Source: Eledone cirrhosa
Taxonomy: Eukaryota
Direction of reading: 5' to 3'
Assembly: GCA_964016885.1 (NCBI GenBank)
Contig: OZ024741.1
Coordinates: 412,052,001 to 412,116,000, forward strand
DNA length: 64,000 nucleotides
The notes under the pieces were generated by a model. That model was given only the letters and a program-made list of their open reading frames with translations, had not been told where the DNA came from and searched no databases. The position numbers and the translations under genes are program-made. Within the stretch, counting starts at the first letter, position 1; each line of letters starts with the position of its first letter. Of this stretch, positions 50,801 to 64,000 are shown piece by piece.

Positions 50801-53800
50801 CCTTTCATTACTATATTTCTAATGAAAGACACTGTCTATGTCTTTAACCTCTTTCATTACCTTATTTCTAATGAAAGAAACTGTCTAAGTTGTTTAACAC
50901 TTTCATTACCATATTTCTAATGAAAGACACTGTATATGTTGTTTATCCCTTTAATTACCATATTTCTAATGTAAAACACTGTCTATGTTGTTTAACCCTT
51001 TCAATACCACATTTCTAATGTAAGACACTGTCTATGTTGTTTAACCCTTTCATTACCATATTTCTAATGAAAGACACTCTCTATGTTGTTTAACCCTTTC
51101 ATTACCATATTTCTAATGAAGGACACTGTCTATGTTGTTTAACCCTTTCATTACTATATTTCTAATGAAAGACACTGTCTATGTTGTGTAACCCTTTCAT
51201 TACTATATTTCTAACATAAGACACTGTCTATGTTGTTTATCCCTTTAATTACCATATTTCTAATGAAAGACACTGTCTATGTTGTTTAATCTTTTCATTA
51301 CCATATTTCTAATGTAAGACACTGTCTATGTTGTTTATCCCTTTAATTACCATATTTCTAATGTAAGACACTATCTATGTTGTTTAACCCTTTCATTACC
51401 ATATTTGTAATGTAAGACACTGTGTATCTTGCTTAACCTTTCATAACCATATTTCTAATGTAAGACACTGTCTATGTTGTTTAACCCTTTCATTAACATA
51501 TTTGTAATGTAAGACACTGTCTATGTTGTTTAACCCTTTCATTACCATATTTCTAATGTAAGACACTGTCTATGTTGTTTAACCCTTCCATTACCCTATT
51601 CCTAATGTAAGACAGTATCTACGTTGTCTAACCCTTTCATTACCAAATGTCTAATGTAAGACACTATCTATGTTGTTTAACCCTTTCATTACCAAATTTC
51701 TAATGTAAGACACTGTCTATGTTGTTTAACCCTTTCATTACCATATTTCTAATGAAAGACACTGTATATGTTGTTTAAACCTTTCATTACTATATTTCTA
51801 ATGAAAGACACTGTCTATGTCTTTAACCTCTTTCATTACCTTATTTCTAATGAAAGAAACTGTCTAAGTTGTTTAACACTTTCATTACCATATTTCTAAT
51901 GAAAGACACTGTATATGTCGTTTAACCATTTCATTACCATATTTCTAATGTAAGAAACAGTCTATGTTGTTTAACCCTTTCAAAACCACATTTCTAATGT
52001 AAGACACTGTCTATATTGTTTAACCCTTTCATTACCATATTTCTAATGAAAGGCACTCTCTATGTTGTTTAACCCTTTCATTACCATATTTCTAATGAAA
52101 ACACTGTCTATGTTGTTTAAACCTTTCATTACTATATTTCTAATGAAAGACACTGTCTATGTTGTTTATCCCTTTAATTACCATATTTCTAATGTAAGAC
52201 ACTATCTATGTTGTTTAACCCTTTCATTACCATATTTGTAATGTAAGACACTGTGTATCTTGTTTAACCTTTCATAACCATATTTCTAATGTAAGACACT
52301 GTCTATGTTGTTTAACCCTTTCATTAACATATTTGTAATGTAAGACACTGTCTATATTGTTTAACCCTTTATTACCATATTTCTAATGTAAGACACTGTC
52401 TATGTTTTTTAACCCTTTCATTACCATATTTCTAATGAAAGACACTGTTTATGTTCTTTAACACTTTCATTACCATATTTCTAATGTCTATGTTCATTAC
52501 CATATTTCTAATGTCTATGTTGTTTAACCCTTTCATTACAATATTTCTAATGTAAGACACTCTCTATGTTGTTTAACCCTTTCATTACCATATTTCTAAT
52601 GAAAGACTCTGTCTATGTTGTTTAACCTTTTCTTTACCATATTTCTAATGTAAGACAATGTATATTTTGTTTAACCCTTTAATTACCATATTTCTAATGT
52701 AAGACACTGTCTATGTTGTTTAATCCTTTCATTAGCATATTTGTAATGTAAGACACTGTCTATGTTGTTTAACCCTTTCATTACCAGATTTCTAATGAAA
52801 GACTCTGTCTATGTTGTTTAACCTTTTCATTACCATATTTCTAATGTAAGACACTGTCTATTTTGTTTAACCCTTTCATTACCATATTTTTAATGTAAGA
52901 CACTGTCTATGTTGTTTAACCCTTTCATTAGCATATTTCTAATGTAAGAAACTGTCTATATTGTTTAACACTTTCATTACCATATTTCTAATGTAAGACA
53001 CTGTCTATGTTGTTTAACCCTTTCATTACAATATTTCTAATGTAAGACACTCTCTATGTTGTTTATCCCTTTAATTACCAAATTTCTAATGTAAGACACT
53101 GTATATGTTGTTTAAACCTTTCATTACTATATTTCTAATGAAAGACACTGTCTATGTCTTTAACCTCTTTCATTACCTTATTTCTAATGAAAGAAACTGT
53201 CTAAGTTGTTTAACACTTTCATTACCATATTTCTAATGAAAGACACTGTATATGTTGTTTATCCCTTTAATTACCATATTTCTAATGTAAAACACTGTCT
53301 ATGTTGTTTAACCCTTTCAATACCACATTTCTAATGTAAGACACTGTCTATGTTGTTTAACCCTTTCATTACCATATTTCTAATGAAAGACACTCTCTAT
53401 GTTGTTTAACCCTTTCATTACCATATTTCTAATGAAAGACACTGTCTATGTTGTTTAACCCTTTCATTACTATATTTCTAATGAAAGACACTGTCTATGT
53501 TGTGTAACCCTTTCATTACTATATTTCTAACATAAGACACTGTCTATGTTGTTTATCCCTTTAATTACCATATTTCTAATGAAAGACACTGTCTATGTTG
53601 TTTAATCTTTTCATTACCATATTTCTAATGTAAGACACTGTCTATGTTGTTTATCCCTTTAATTACCATATTTCTAATGTAAGACACTGTCTATGTTGTT
53701 TATCCCTTTAATTACCATATTTCTAATGTAAGACACTATCTATGTTGTTTAACCCTTTCATTACCATATTTGTAATGTAAGACACTGTGTATCTTGTTTA

Positions 53801-56800
53801 ACCTTTCATAACCATATTTCTAATGTAAGACACTGTCTATGTTGTTTAACCCTTTCATTAACATATTTGTAATGTAAGACACTGTCTATGTTGTTTAACC
53901 CTTTCATTACCATATTTCTAATGTAAGACACTGTCTATGTTGTTTAACCCTTCCATTACCATATTTCTAATGTAAGACAGTATCTACGTTGTCTAACCCT
54001 TTCATTACCAAATGTCTAATGTAAGACACTATCTATGTTGTTTAACCCTTTCATTACCAAATTTCTAATGTAAGACACTGTCTATGTTGTTTAACCCTTT
54101 CATTACCATATTTCTAATGAAAGACACTGTATATGTTGTTTAAACCTTTCATTACTATATTTCTAATGAAAGACACTGTCTATGTCTTTAACCTCTTTCA
54201 TTACCTTATTTCTAATGAAAGAAACTGTCTAAGTTGTTTAACACTTTCATTACCATATTTCTAATGAAAGACACTGTATATGTCGTTTAACCATTTCATT
54301 ACCATATTTCTAATGTAAGAAACAGTCTATGTTGTTTAACCCTTTCAAAACCACATTTCTAATGTAAGACACTGTCTATATTGTTTAACCCTTTCATTAC
54401 CATATTTCTAATGAAAGGCACTCTCTATGTTGTTTAACCCTTTCATTACCATATTTCTAATGAAAGGCACTCTCTATGTTGTTTAACCCTTTCATTACCA
54501 TATTTCTAATGAAAACACTGTCTATATTGTTTAACCCTTTCATTACCATATTTCTAATGAAAGACACTGTCTATGTTGTTTATCCCTTTAATTACCATAT
54601 TTCTAATGTAAGACACTATCTATGTTGTTTAACCCTTTCATTACCATATTTGTAATGTAAGACACTGTGTATCTTGTTTAACCTTTCATAACCATATTTC
54701 TAATGTAAGACACTGTCTATGTTGTTTAACCCTTTCATTAACATATTTGTAATGTAAGACACTGTCTATATTGTTTAACCCTTTATTACCATATTTCAAA
54801 TGTAAGACACTGTCTATGTTTTTTAACCCTTTCATTACCATATTTCTAATGAAAGACACTGTTTATGTTCTTTAACACTTTCATTACCATATTTCTAATG
54901 TCTATGTTCATTACCATATTTCTAATGTCTATGTTGTTTAACCCTTTCATTACAATATTTCTAATGTAAGACACTCTCTATGTTGTTTAACCCTTTCATT
55001 ACCATATTTCTAATGAAAGACTCTGTCTATGTTGTTTAACCTTTTCTTTACCATATTTCTAATGTAAGACAATGTATATTTTGTTTAACCCTTTAATTAC
55101 CATATTTCTAATGTAAGACACTGTCTATGTTGTTTAACCCTTTCATTAGCATATTTGTAATGTAAGACACTGTCTATGTTGTTTAACCCTTTCATTACCA
55201 GATTTCTAATGAAAGACTCTGTCTATGTTGTTTAACCTTTTCATTACCATATTTCTAATGTAAGACACTGTCTATTTTGTTTAACCCTTTCATTACCATA
55301 TTTTTAATGTAAGACACTGTCTATGTTGTTTAACCCTTTCATTAGCATATTTCTAATGTAAGAAACTGTCTATATTGTTTAACACTTTCATTACCATATT
55401 TCTAATGTAAGACACTGTCTATGTTGTTTAACCCTTTCATTACAATATTTCTAATGTAAGACACTCTCTATGATGTTTATCCCTTTAATTACCAAATTTC
55501 TAATGTAAGACACTGTCTATGTTGTTTAACCCTTTCATTACCATATTTCTAATGAAAGACACTGTATATGTTGTTTAAACCTTTCATTACCATATTTCTT
55601 ATGAAAGACACTGTCTATGTCTTTAACCTCTTTCATTACCTTATTTCTAATGAAAGAAACTGTCTAAGTTGTTTAACACTTTCATTACCATATTTCTAAT
55701 GAAAGACACTGTATATGTTGTTTATCCCTTTAATTACCATATTTCTAATGTAAAACACTGTCTATGTTGTTTAACCCTTTCAATACCACATTTCTAATGT
55801 AAGACACTGTCTATGTTGTTTAACCCTTTCATTACCATATTTCTAATGAAAGACACTCTCTATGTTGTTTAACCCTTTCATTACCATATTTCTAATGAAA
55901 GACACTGTCTATGTTGTTTAACCCTTTCATTACTATATTTCTAATGAAAGACACTGTCTATGTTGTGTAACCCTTTCATTACTATATTTCTAACATAAGA
56001 CACTGTCTATGTTGTTTATCCCTTTAATTACCATATTTCTAATGAAAGACACTGTCTATGTTGTTTAATCTTTTCATTACCATATTTCTAATGTAAGACA
56101 CTGTCTATGTTGTTTATCCCTTTAATTACCATATTTCTAATGTAAGACACTGTCTATGTTGTTTATCCCTTTAATTACCATATTTCTAATGTAAGACACT
56201 ATCTATGTTGTTTAACCCTTTCATTACCATATTTGTAATGTAAGACACTGTGTATCTTGTTTAACCTTTCATAACCATATTTCTAATGTAAGACACTGTC
56301 TATGTTGTTTAACCCTTTCATTAACATATTTGTAATGTAAGACACTGTCTATGTTGTTTAACCCTTTCATTACCATATTTCTAATGTAAGACACTGTCTA
56401 TGATTTTAACCCTTTCATTACCATATTTCTAATGTAAGACACTCTCTATGTTGTTTAACCCTTTCATTACCATATTTTTAATGTAAGACACTGTCTATGT
56501 TGTTTAACCCTTTCACTACCATGTTTCTAATGTAAGACACTGTCTATATTGTTTAACCCTTTATTACCATATTTCTAATGTAAGACACTGTCTATGTTTT
56601 TTAACCCTTTCATTACCATATTTCTAATGAAAGACACTGTCTATGTTCTTTAACCCTTTCATTGCCATATTTCTAATGAAAGACACTGTCTATGTTGTTT
56701 AACACTTTCATTACCATATTTCTAATGTCTATGTTCATTACCATATTTCTAATGTCTATGTTGTTTAACCCTTTCATTACAATATTTCTAATGTAAGACA

Positions 56801-59800
56801 CTCTCTATGTTGTTTAACCCTTTCATTACCATATTTCTAATGAAAGACTCTGTCTATATTGTTTAACCTTTTCATTACCATATTTCTAATGTAAGACACT
56901 GTCTATTTTGTTTAACCCTTTAATTACCATATTTGTAATGTAAGACACCGTGTATCTTGTTTAACCTTTCATTACCATATTTCTAACGTAAGACACTGAC
57001 TATGTTGTTTAACCCTTTCATTACCGTATTTCTAAAGTAAGACACTGACTATGTTGTTTAACCATTTCATTACCATCATTCTAATGAAAGACATTGTCTA
57101 TGTCTTTAACCTTTTAATTCCCATATTTCTAATGTAAGACACTTTCTATGTTGTTTAACCCTTCTATTACCATATTTCTAATGTAAGACATTGTCTATGT
57201 TGCTTAACACTTTCATTATCATATTTCTAATGTAAGACAATGTCTATGTTGTTTATCCCTTTAATTACCATATTTCTAATGTAAAACACTGTCTATGTTG
57301 TTTAACCCTTTCATTACCATATTTCTAATGAAAGACAGTCTCTGTTGTTTAACCCTTTCATTATCATATTTGTAACGTAAGACACTGTCTATGTTGTTTA
57401 ACCCTTTCATTTCCATATTTCTAATGTAAGACAGTGTCTATGTTGTTTAACCCTTTCATTATTATATTTCATTACGATATTTCTAATGTAAGACACTGTC
57501 TATGTTCTTTAACCCTTCCAATACCATATTTCTAATGTAAGACACTGTCTATGTTGTTTAATCCTTTCATTACCATACTTGTAATGTAAGACACTGTCTA
57601 TGATCTTTAACCCTTTCATTACCATATTTCTAATGTAAGACACTGTCTATGTTGTGTAACCCTTTCATTACTATATTTCTAATATAAGACACTGTCTATG
57701 TTGTTTAACCCTTTCAATACCACATTTCTAATGTAAGACACTGTCTATGTTGTTTCACCCTTTCATTACCATATTTCTAATGAAAGACACTCTCTATGTT
57801 GTTTAACCCTTTCATTGCCATATTTCTAATGAAAGACACTGTCTATGTTGTTTAACCCTTTCATTACTATATTTCTAATGAAAGACACTGTCTATGTTGT
57901 GTAACCCTTTCATTACTATATTTCTAACATAAGACACTGTCTATGTTGTTTATCCCTTTAATTACCATATTTCTAATGTAAGACACTATCTATGTTGTTT
58001 AACCATTTCATTACCATATTTGTAATGTAAGACACTGTGTATCTTGTTTAACCTTTCATAACCATATTTCTAATGTAAGACACTGTCTATGTTGTTTATC
58101 CCTTTAATTACCATATTTGTAATGTAAGACACTATCTATGTTGTTTAACCCTTTCATTACCATATTTGTAATGTAAGACGCTGTGTATCTTGTTTAACCT
58201 TTCATAACCATATTTCTAATGTAAGACACTGTCTATGTTGTTTAACCCTTTCATTACCATATTTCTAATGTAAGACACTGTCTATGATTTTTACCCTTTC
58301 ATTACCATATTTCTAATGTAAGACACTGTCTATGTTGTTTAACCCTTTCACTACCATGTTTCTAATGTAAGACACTGTCTATATTGTTTAACGCTTTATT
58401 ACCATATTTCTAATGTAAGACACTGTCTATGTTTTTTAACCCTTTCATTACCATATTTCTAATGAAAGACACTGTCTATGTTCTTTAACCCTTTCATTAC
58501 CATATTTCTAATGAAAGACACTGTCTATGTTGTTTAACACTTTCATTACCATATTTCTAATGTCTATGTTCATTACCATATTTCTAATGTAAGACACTGT
58601 CTATGTTGTTTACCCCTTTCATTACGATATTTCTAATGTAAGACACTCTCTATGTTGTTTAACCCTTTCATTACCATATTTCTAATGAAAGACTCTGTCT
58701 ATGTTGTTTAACCCTTTCATTACCATATTTCTAATGTAAGACACTGTCTATGTTGTTTAACCCTTTCATTACCATATTTCTAATGTAAGACACTGTCTAT
58801 GTTGTTTAAACTTTTCATTACCATATTTCTAATGTAAGACACTGACTATGTTGTTTAACCATTTCATTACCATCATTCTAATGAAAGACATTGTCTATGT
58901 CTTTAACCTTTTAATTCCCATATTTCTAATGTAAGACACTTTCTATGTTGTTTAACCCTTCTATTACCATATTTCTAATGTAAGACACTGTCTATGTTGC
59001 TTAACACTTTCATAACCAAATTTCTAATGTAAGACACTGTCTATGTTGTTTATCCCTTTAATTACCATATTTCTAATGTAAAATACTGTCTATGTTGTTA
59101 AACATTTTCATTACCATATTTCTAATGAAAGACACTGTCTATGTCTTTAACCCTTTCATTACCATATTTCTAATGAAAGACAGTCTCTGTTGTTTAACCC
59201 TTTCATTACCATGTTTGTAACGTAAGACACTGTCTATGTTGTTTAACCCTTTCATTTCCATATTTCTAATGTAAGACACTGTCTATATTGTTTAACCCTT
59301 TCATTATCATATTTCATTACGATAGTGTAAGACACTGTCTATGTTGTTTAACCCTTTCATTATCATATTTCATTACGATATTTCTAATGTAAGATACTGT
59401 CTATGTTCTTTAACCCTTCCAATACCATATTTCTAATGTAAGACACTGTCTATGTTGTTTAACCCTTTCATTATCATATTTCATTACGATAATGTAAGAC
59501 ACTCTCTATGTTGTTTAACCCTTTCATTACCATATTTCTAATGAAAGACTCTGTCTATGTTGTTTAACTTTTTCATTACCATATTTCTAATGTAAGACAC
59601 TGTCTATGTTGTTTAACCCTTTCATTAGCATATTTGTAATGTAAGACACTGTCTATGTTGTTTAACCCTTTCATTAGCATATTTGTAATGTAAGACACTG
59701 TCTATGTTGTTTAACCCTTTCATTACCATATTTCTAATGAAAGACACTGTTTATGTCTTTAACCCTTTCATTACCATATTTCTAATGTAAGACACTGTCT

Positions 59801-62800
59801 ATGTTGTTTAACCCTTTCATTACCATATTTTTAATGTAAGACACTGTCTGTGTTGTTTAACCCTTTCATTACCATATTTCTAATGTAAGACACTGTCTAT
59901 GTTGTTTAACCCCTTAATTACCATATTTCTAATGTAAGACACTGTCTATGTTGTTTAACACTTTCATTAGCATATTTCTAATGAAAGACACTGTCTATGT
60001 TGTTTAACACTTTCATTACCATATTTCTAATGTCTATGTTCATTACCATATTTCTAATGTCTATGTTGTTTAACCCTTTCATTACGATATTTCTAATGTA
60101 AGACACTCTCTATGTTGTTTAACCCTTTCATTACCATATTTCTAATGAAAGAGTCTGTCTATGTTGTTTAACCTTTTCATTACCATATTTCTAATGTAAG
60201 ACACTGTCTATGTTGTTTAACCCTTTAATTACCATATTTCTAATGTAAGACACTGTCAATATTGTTTAACCCTTTCATTAGCATATTTGTAATGTAAGAC
60301 ACTGTCTATGTTGTTTAACCCTTTCATTACCATATTTCTAATGAAAGACACTGTTTATGTCTTTAACCCTTTCATGACCATATTTCTAATGTAAGACTCT
60401 GACTATGTGTTTAACCCTTTCATTACCATATTTCTAATGTAAGACACTGTCTATGTTGTTTAACCCTTTCATTACCATATTTTTAATGTTAGACACTGTC
60501 TGTGTTGTTTAACCCTTGCATTACCATATTTCTAATGTAAGACACTGTCTATATTGTTTAACACTTTAATTACCATATTTCTAATGTAAGACACTGTCTA
60601 TGTTGTTTAACCCTTTCATTACAATATTTCTAATGTAAGACACTCTCTATGTTGTTTATCCCTTTAATTACCAAATTTCTAATGTAAGACACTGTATATG
60701 TTGTTTAAACCTTTCATTACTATATTTCTAATGAAAGACACTGTCTATGTTGTTTATCCCTTTAATTACCATATTTCTAATGTAAGACACTATCTATGTT
60801 GTTTAACCCTTTCATTTCCATATTTGTAATGTAAGACACTGTGTATCTTGTTTAACCTTTCATAACCATATTTCTAATGTAAGACACTGTCTATGTTGTT
60901 TAACCCTTTCATTACCATATTTCTAATGTAAGACACTGTCTATGATTTTAACCCTTTCATTACCATATTTCTAATGTAAGACACTGTCTATGTTGTTTAA
61001 CCCTTTCACTACCATGTTTCTAATGTAAGACACTGTCTATATTGTTTAACCCTTTATTACCATATTTCTAATGTAAGACACTGTCTATGTTTTTTAACCC
61101 TTTCATTACCATATTTCTAATGAAAGACACTGTCTATGTTGTTTAACCCTTTCATTACCATATTTCTAATGTAAGACTCTGTCTATGTTGTTTAACCCTT
61201 TCATTACGATATTTCTAATGTAAGACACTCTCTATGTTGTTTAACCCTTTCATTACCATATTTCTAATGAAAGACTCTGTCTATGTTGTTTAACCCTTTC
61301 ATTACCATATTTCTAATGTAAGACACTGTCTATGTTGTTTAACCCTTTAATTATCATATTTCTAATGTAAAACACTGTCTACATTGTTTAACCCTTTCAT
61401 TAGCATATTTGTAATGTAAGACACTGTCTATGCTGTTTCACACTTTCATTACCATATTTCTAATGAAAGACACCGTTTATGTCTTTAACCCTTTCATTAC
61501 CATATTTCTAATGTAAGACTCTGACTATGTGTTTAACCCTTTCATTACCATATTTCTAATGTAAGACACTGTCTATGTTATTTAACCCTTTCATTACCAT
61601 ATTTTTAATGTAAGACACTGTCTATGTTGTTTAACCCTTTCACTACCATGTTTCTAATGTAAGACACTGTCTATATTGTTTAACCCTTTATTACCATATT
61701 TCTAATGTAAGACACTGTCTATGTTTTTTAACCCTTTCATTACAATATTTCTAATGAAGGACACTGTCTATGTTCTTTAACCCTTTCATTACCATATTTC
61801 TAATGAAAGACACTGTCTATGTTGTTTAACCCTTTCATTACCATATTTCTAATGTAAGACTCTGACTATGTGTTTAACCCTTTCATTACCATATTTCTAA
61901 TGTAAGACACTGTCTATGTTGTTAACCCTTTCATTACCATATTTTTAATGTAAGACACTGTCTATGTTGTTTAACCCTTTCACTACCATGTTTCTAATGT
62001 AAGACACTGTCTATATTGTTTAACCCTTTATTACCATATTTCTAATGTAAGACACTGTCTATGTTTTTTAAGCCTATCATTACCATATTTCTAATGTAAG
62101 ACACTGTCTATGTTGTTTAACCCTTTCATTATCATATTTCTAATGTAAGACACTGTCTATGTTGTTTAACCCTTTAATTATCATATTTCTAATGTAAAAC
62201 ACTGTCTACATTGTTTAACCCTTTCATTAGCATATTTGTAATGTAAGACACTGTCTATGCTGTTTCACCCTTTCATTACCATATTTCTAATGAAAGACAC
62301 TGTCTATGTTGTTTAACCCTTTCATTACCATATTTCTAATGTAAGACACTGTCTATGTTGTTTAACCCTTTCATTACCATATTTCTAATGTAAGACTCTG
62401 ACTATGTGTTTAACTCTTTCATTACCATATTTCTAATGTAAGACACTGTCTATGTTGTTTAACCCTTTCATTACCATATTTTTAATGTAAGACACTGTCT
62501 ATGTTGTTTAACCCTTTCACTACCATGTTTCTAATGTAAGACACTGTCTATATTGTTTAACCCTTTATTACCATATTTCTAATGTAAGACACTGTCTATG
62601 TTTATTAACCCTTTCATTACCATATTTCTAATGAAAGACACTGTCTATGTTGTTTAACACTTTTATTACCATATTTCTAATGTCTTTGTTCATTACCATA
62701 TTTCTAATGTCTATGTTGTTTAACCCTTTCATTACGATATTTCTAATGTAAGACACTCTCTATGTTGTTTAACCCTTTCATTACCATATTTCTAATGAAA

Positions 62801-64000
62801 GACTCTGTCTATGTTGTTTAACCTTTTCATTACCATATTTCTAATGTAAGACACTATCTACATTGTCTAACCCTTTCATTACCAAATTTCTAATGTAAGA
62901 CACAGTCTATGTTTTTTAACCCTTTCATTACCATATTTCTAATGAAAGACACAGTCTATGTTTTTTAACCCTTTCATTACCAAATTTCTAATGTAAGACA
63001 CTGTCTATGTTGTTTAACCCTTTAATTACCATATTTGTAATGTAAGACACTGTCTATGTTGTTTAACCCTTTCATTAGCATATTTGTAATGTAAGACACT
63101 GTCTATGTTGTTTAACCCTTTCATTACCATATTTCTAATGAAAGACACTGTTTATGTCTTTAACCCTTTCATTACCATATTTCTAATGTAAGACTCTGAC
63201 TATGTGTTTAACTCTTTCATTACCATATTTCTAATGTAAGACACTGTCTATGTTGTTTAACCCTTTCATTACCATATTTTTAATGTAAGTCACTGTCTAT
63301 GTTGTTTAACCCTTTCATTACCATATTTCTAATGTAAGACACTGTCTATGTTGTTTAAACTTTTCACTACCATGTTTCTAATGTAAGACACTCTCTATAT
63401 TGTTTAACCCTTTATTACCATATTTCTAATGAAAGACTCTGTCTATGTTGTTTAACCTTTTCATTACCATATTTCTAATGTAAGACACTGTGTATGTTGT
63501 TTAACCCTTTAATTACCATATTTCTAACGTAAGACATTGTCTATATTGTTTAACCCTTTCACTACCATGTTTCTAATGTAAGACACTGTCTATATTGTTT
63601 AACCCTTTATTACCATATTTCTAATGTAAGACACTGTCTATGTTTTTTAACCCTTTCATTACCATATTTCTAATGAAAGACACTGTCTATGTCCTTTAAC
63701 CCTTTCATTACCATATTTCTAATGAAAGACACTGTCTATGTTGTTTAACACTTTCATTACCATATTTCTAATGAAAGACACTGTCTATGTTGTTTAACCC
63801 TTTCATTACCATATTTCTAATGTCTATGTTCATTACCATATTTCTAATGTCTATGTTGTTTAACCCTTTCATTACGATATTTCTAATGTAAGACACTCTC
63901 TATGTTGTTTAACCCTTTCATTACCATATTTCTAATGAAAGACTCTGTCTATGTTGTTTAACCTTTTCATTACCATATTTCTAATGTAAGACACTGTCTA
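41881..64000. repeat. 49-bp satellite, right block (about 450 copies, continuing past the window) with 311-bp and about 2.4-kb higher-order repeats
   Basis: Same monomer as the left block. Diagnostic deleted monomers recur at 47407/47718/48029/48340 and at 50118/52483/54897. Confidence 0.98.

Noticed and set aside
29858-64000. Telomeric repeat or CRISPR
   Set aside because: Only one TAACCC per 49-bp monomer, no (TTAGGG)n run and no spacers; ORF 43449-43676 is satellite translation.

Overview
Eukaryotic, repeat-saturated DNA with no recognisable host gene. The microsatellite load and the SINE/RTE families suggest a cephalopod (Octopus-like) genome; this is an inference. Layout: (1) 1-3570, a long-ORF RTE-clade LINE (APE-RT-C2H2 fingers) whose finger array is split by a 270-bp insert. 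(2) 5.2-17.3 kb, a 40-bp satellite with two interspersed monomer types and higher-order duplications. (3) 17.3-29.8 kb, a retroelement island in (AT)n tracts. It holds RTE fragments (one with twin-priming-like geometry), an RTE-X-like fragment, SINEs, foldbacks, and two Penelope-like (Naiad-type) elements with inverted 3' copies at their 5' ends, one of them missed by the ORF track. It also has a cluster of hammerhead-ribozyme-like folds, several with non-canonical cores (CCGACGA, CAGAAGA). (4) 29.9-64 kb, a 49-bp satellite whose monomer contains a piggyBac-like end (TTAA-CCCTTT). It is interrupted in register by a young 5'-truncated RTE with a PHD finger inside its RT region. All folds and alignments were done by eye and no searches were run.
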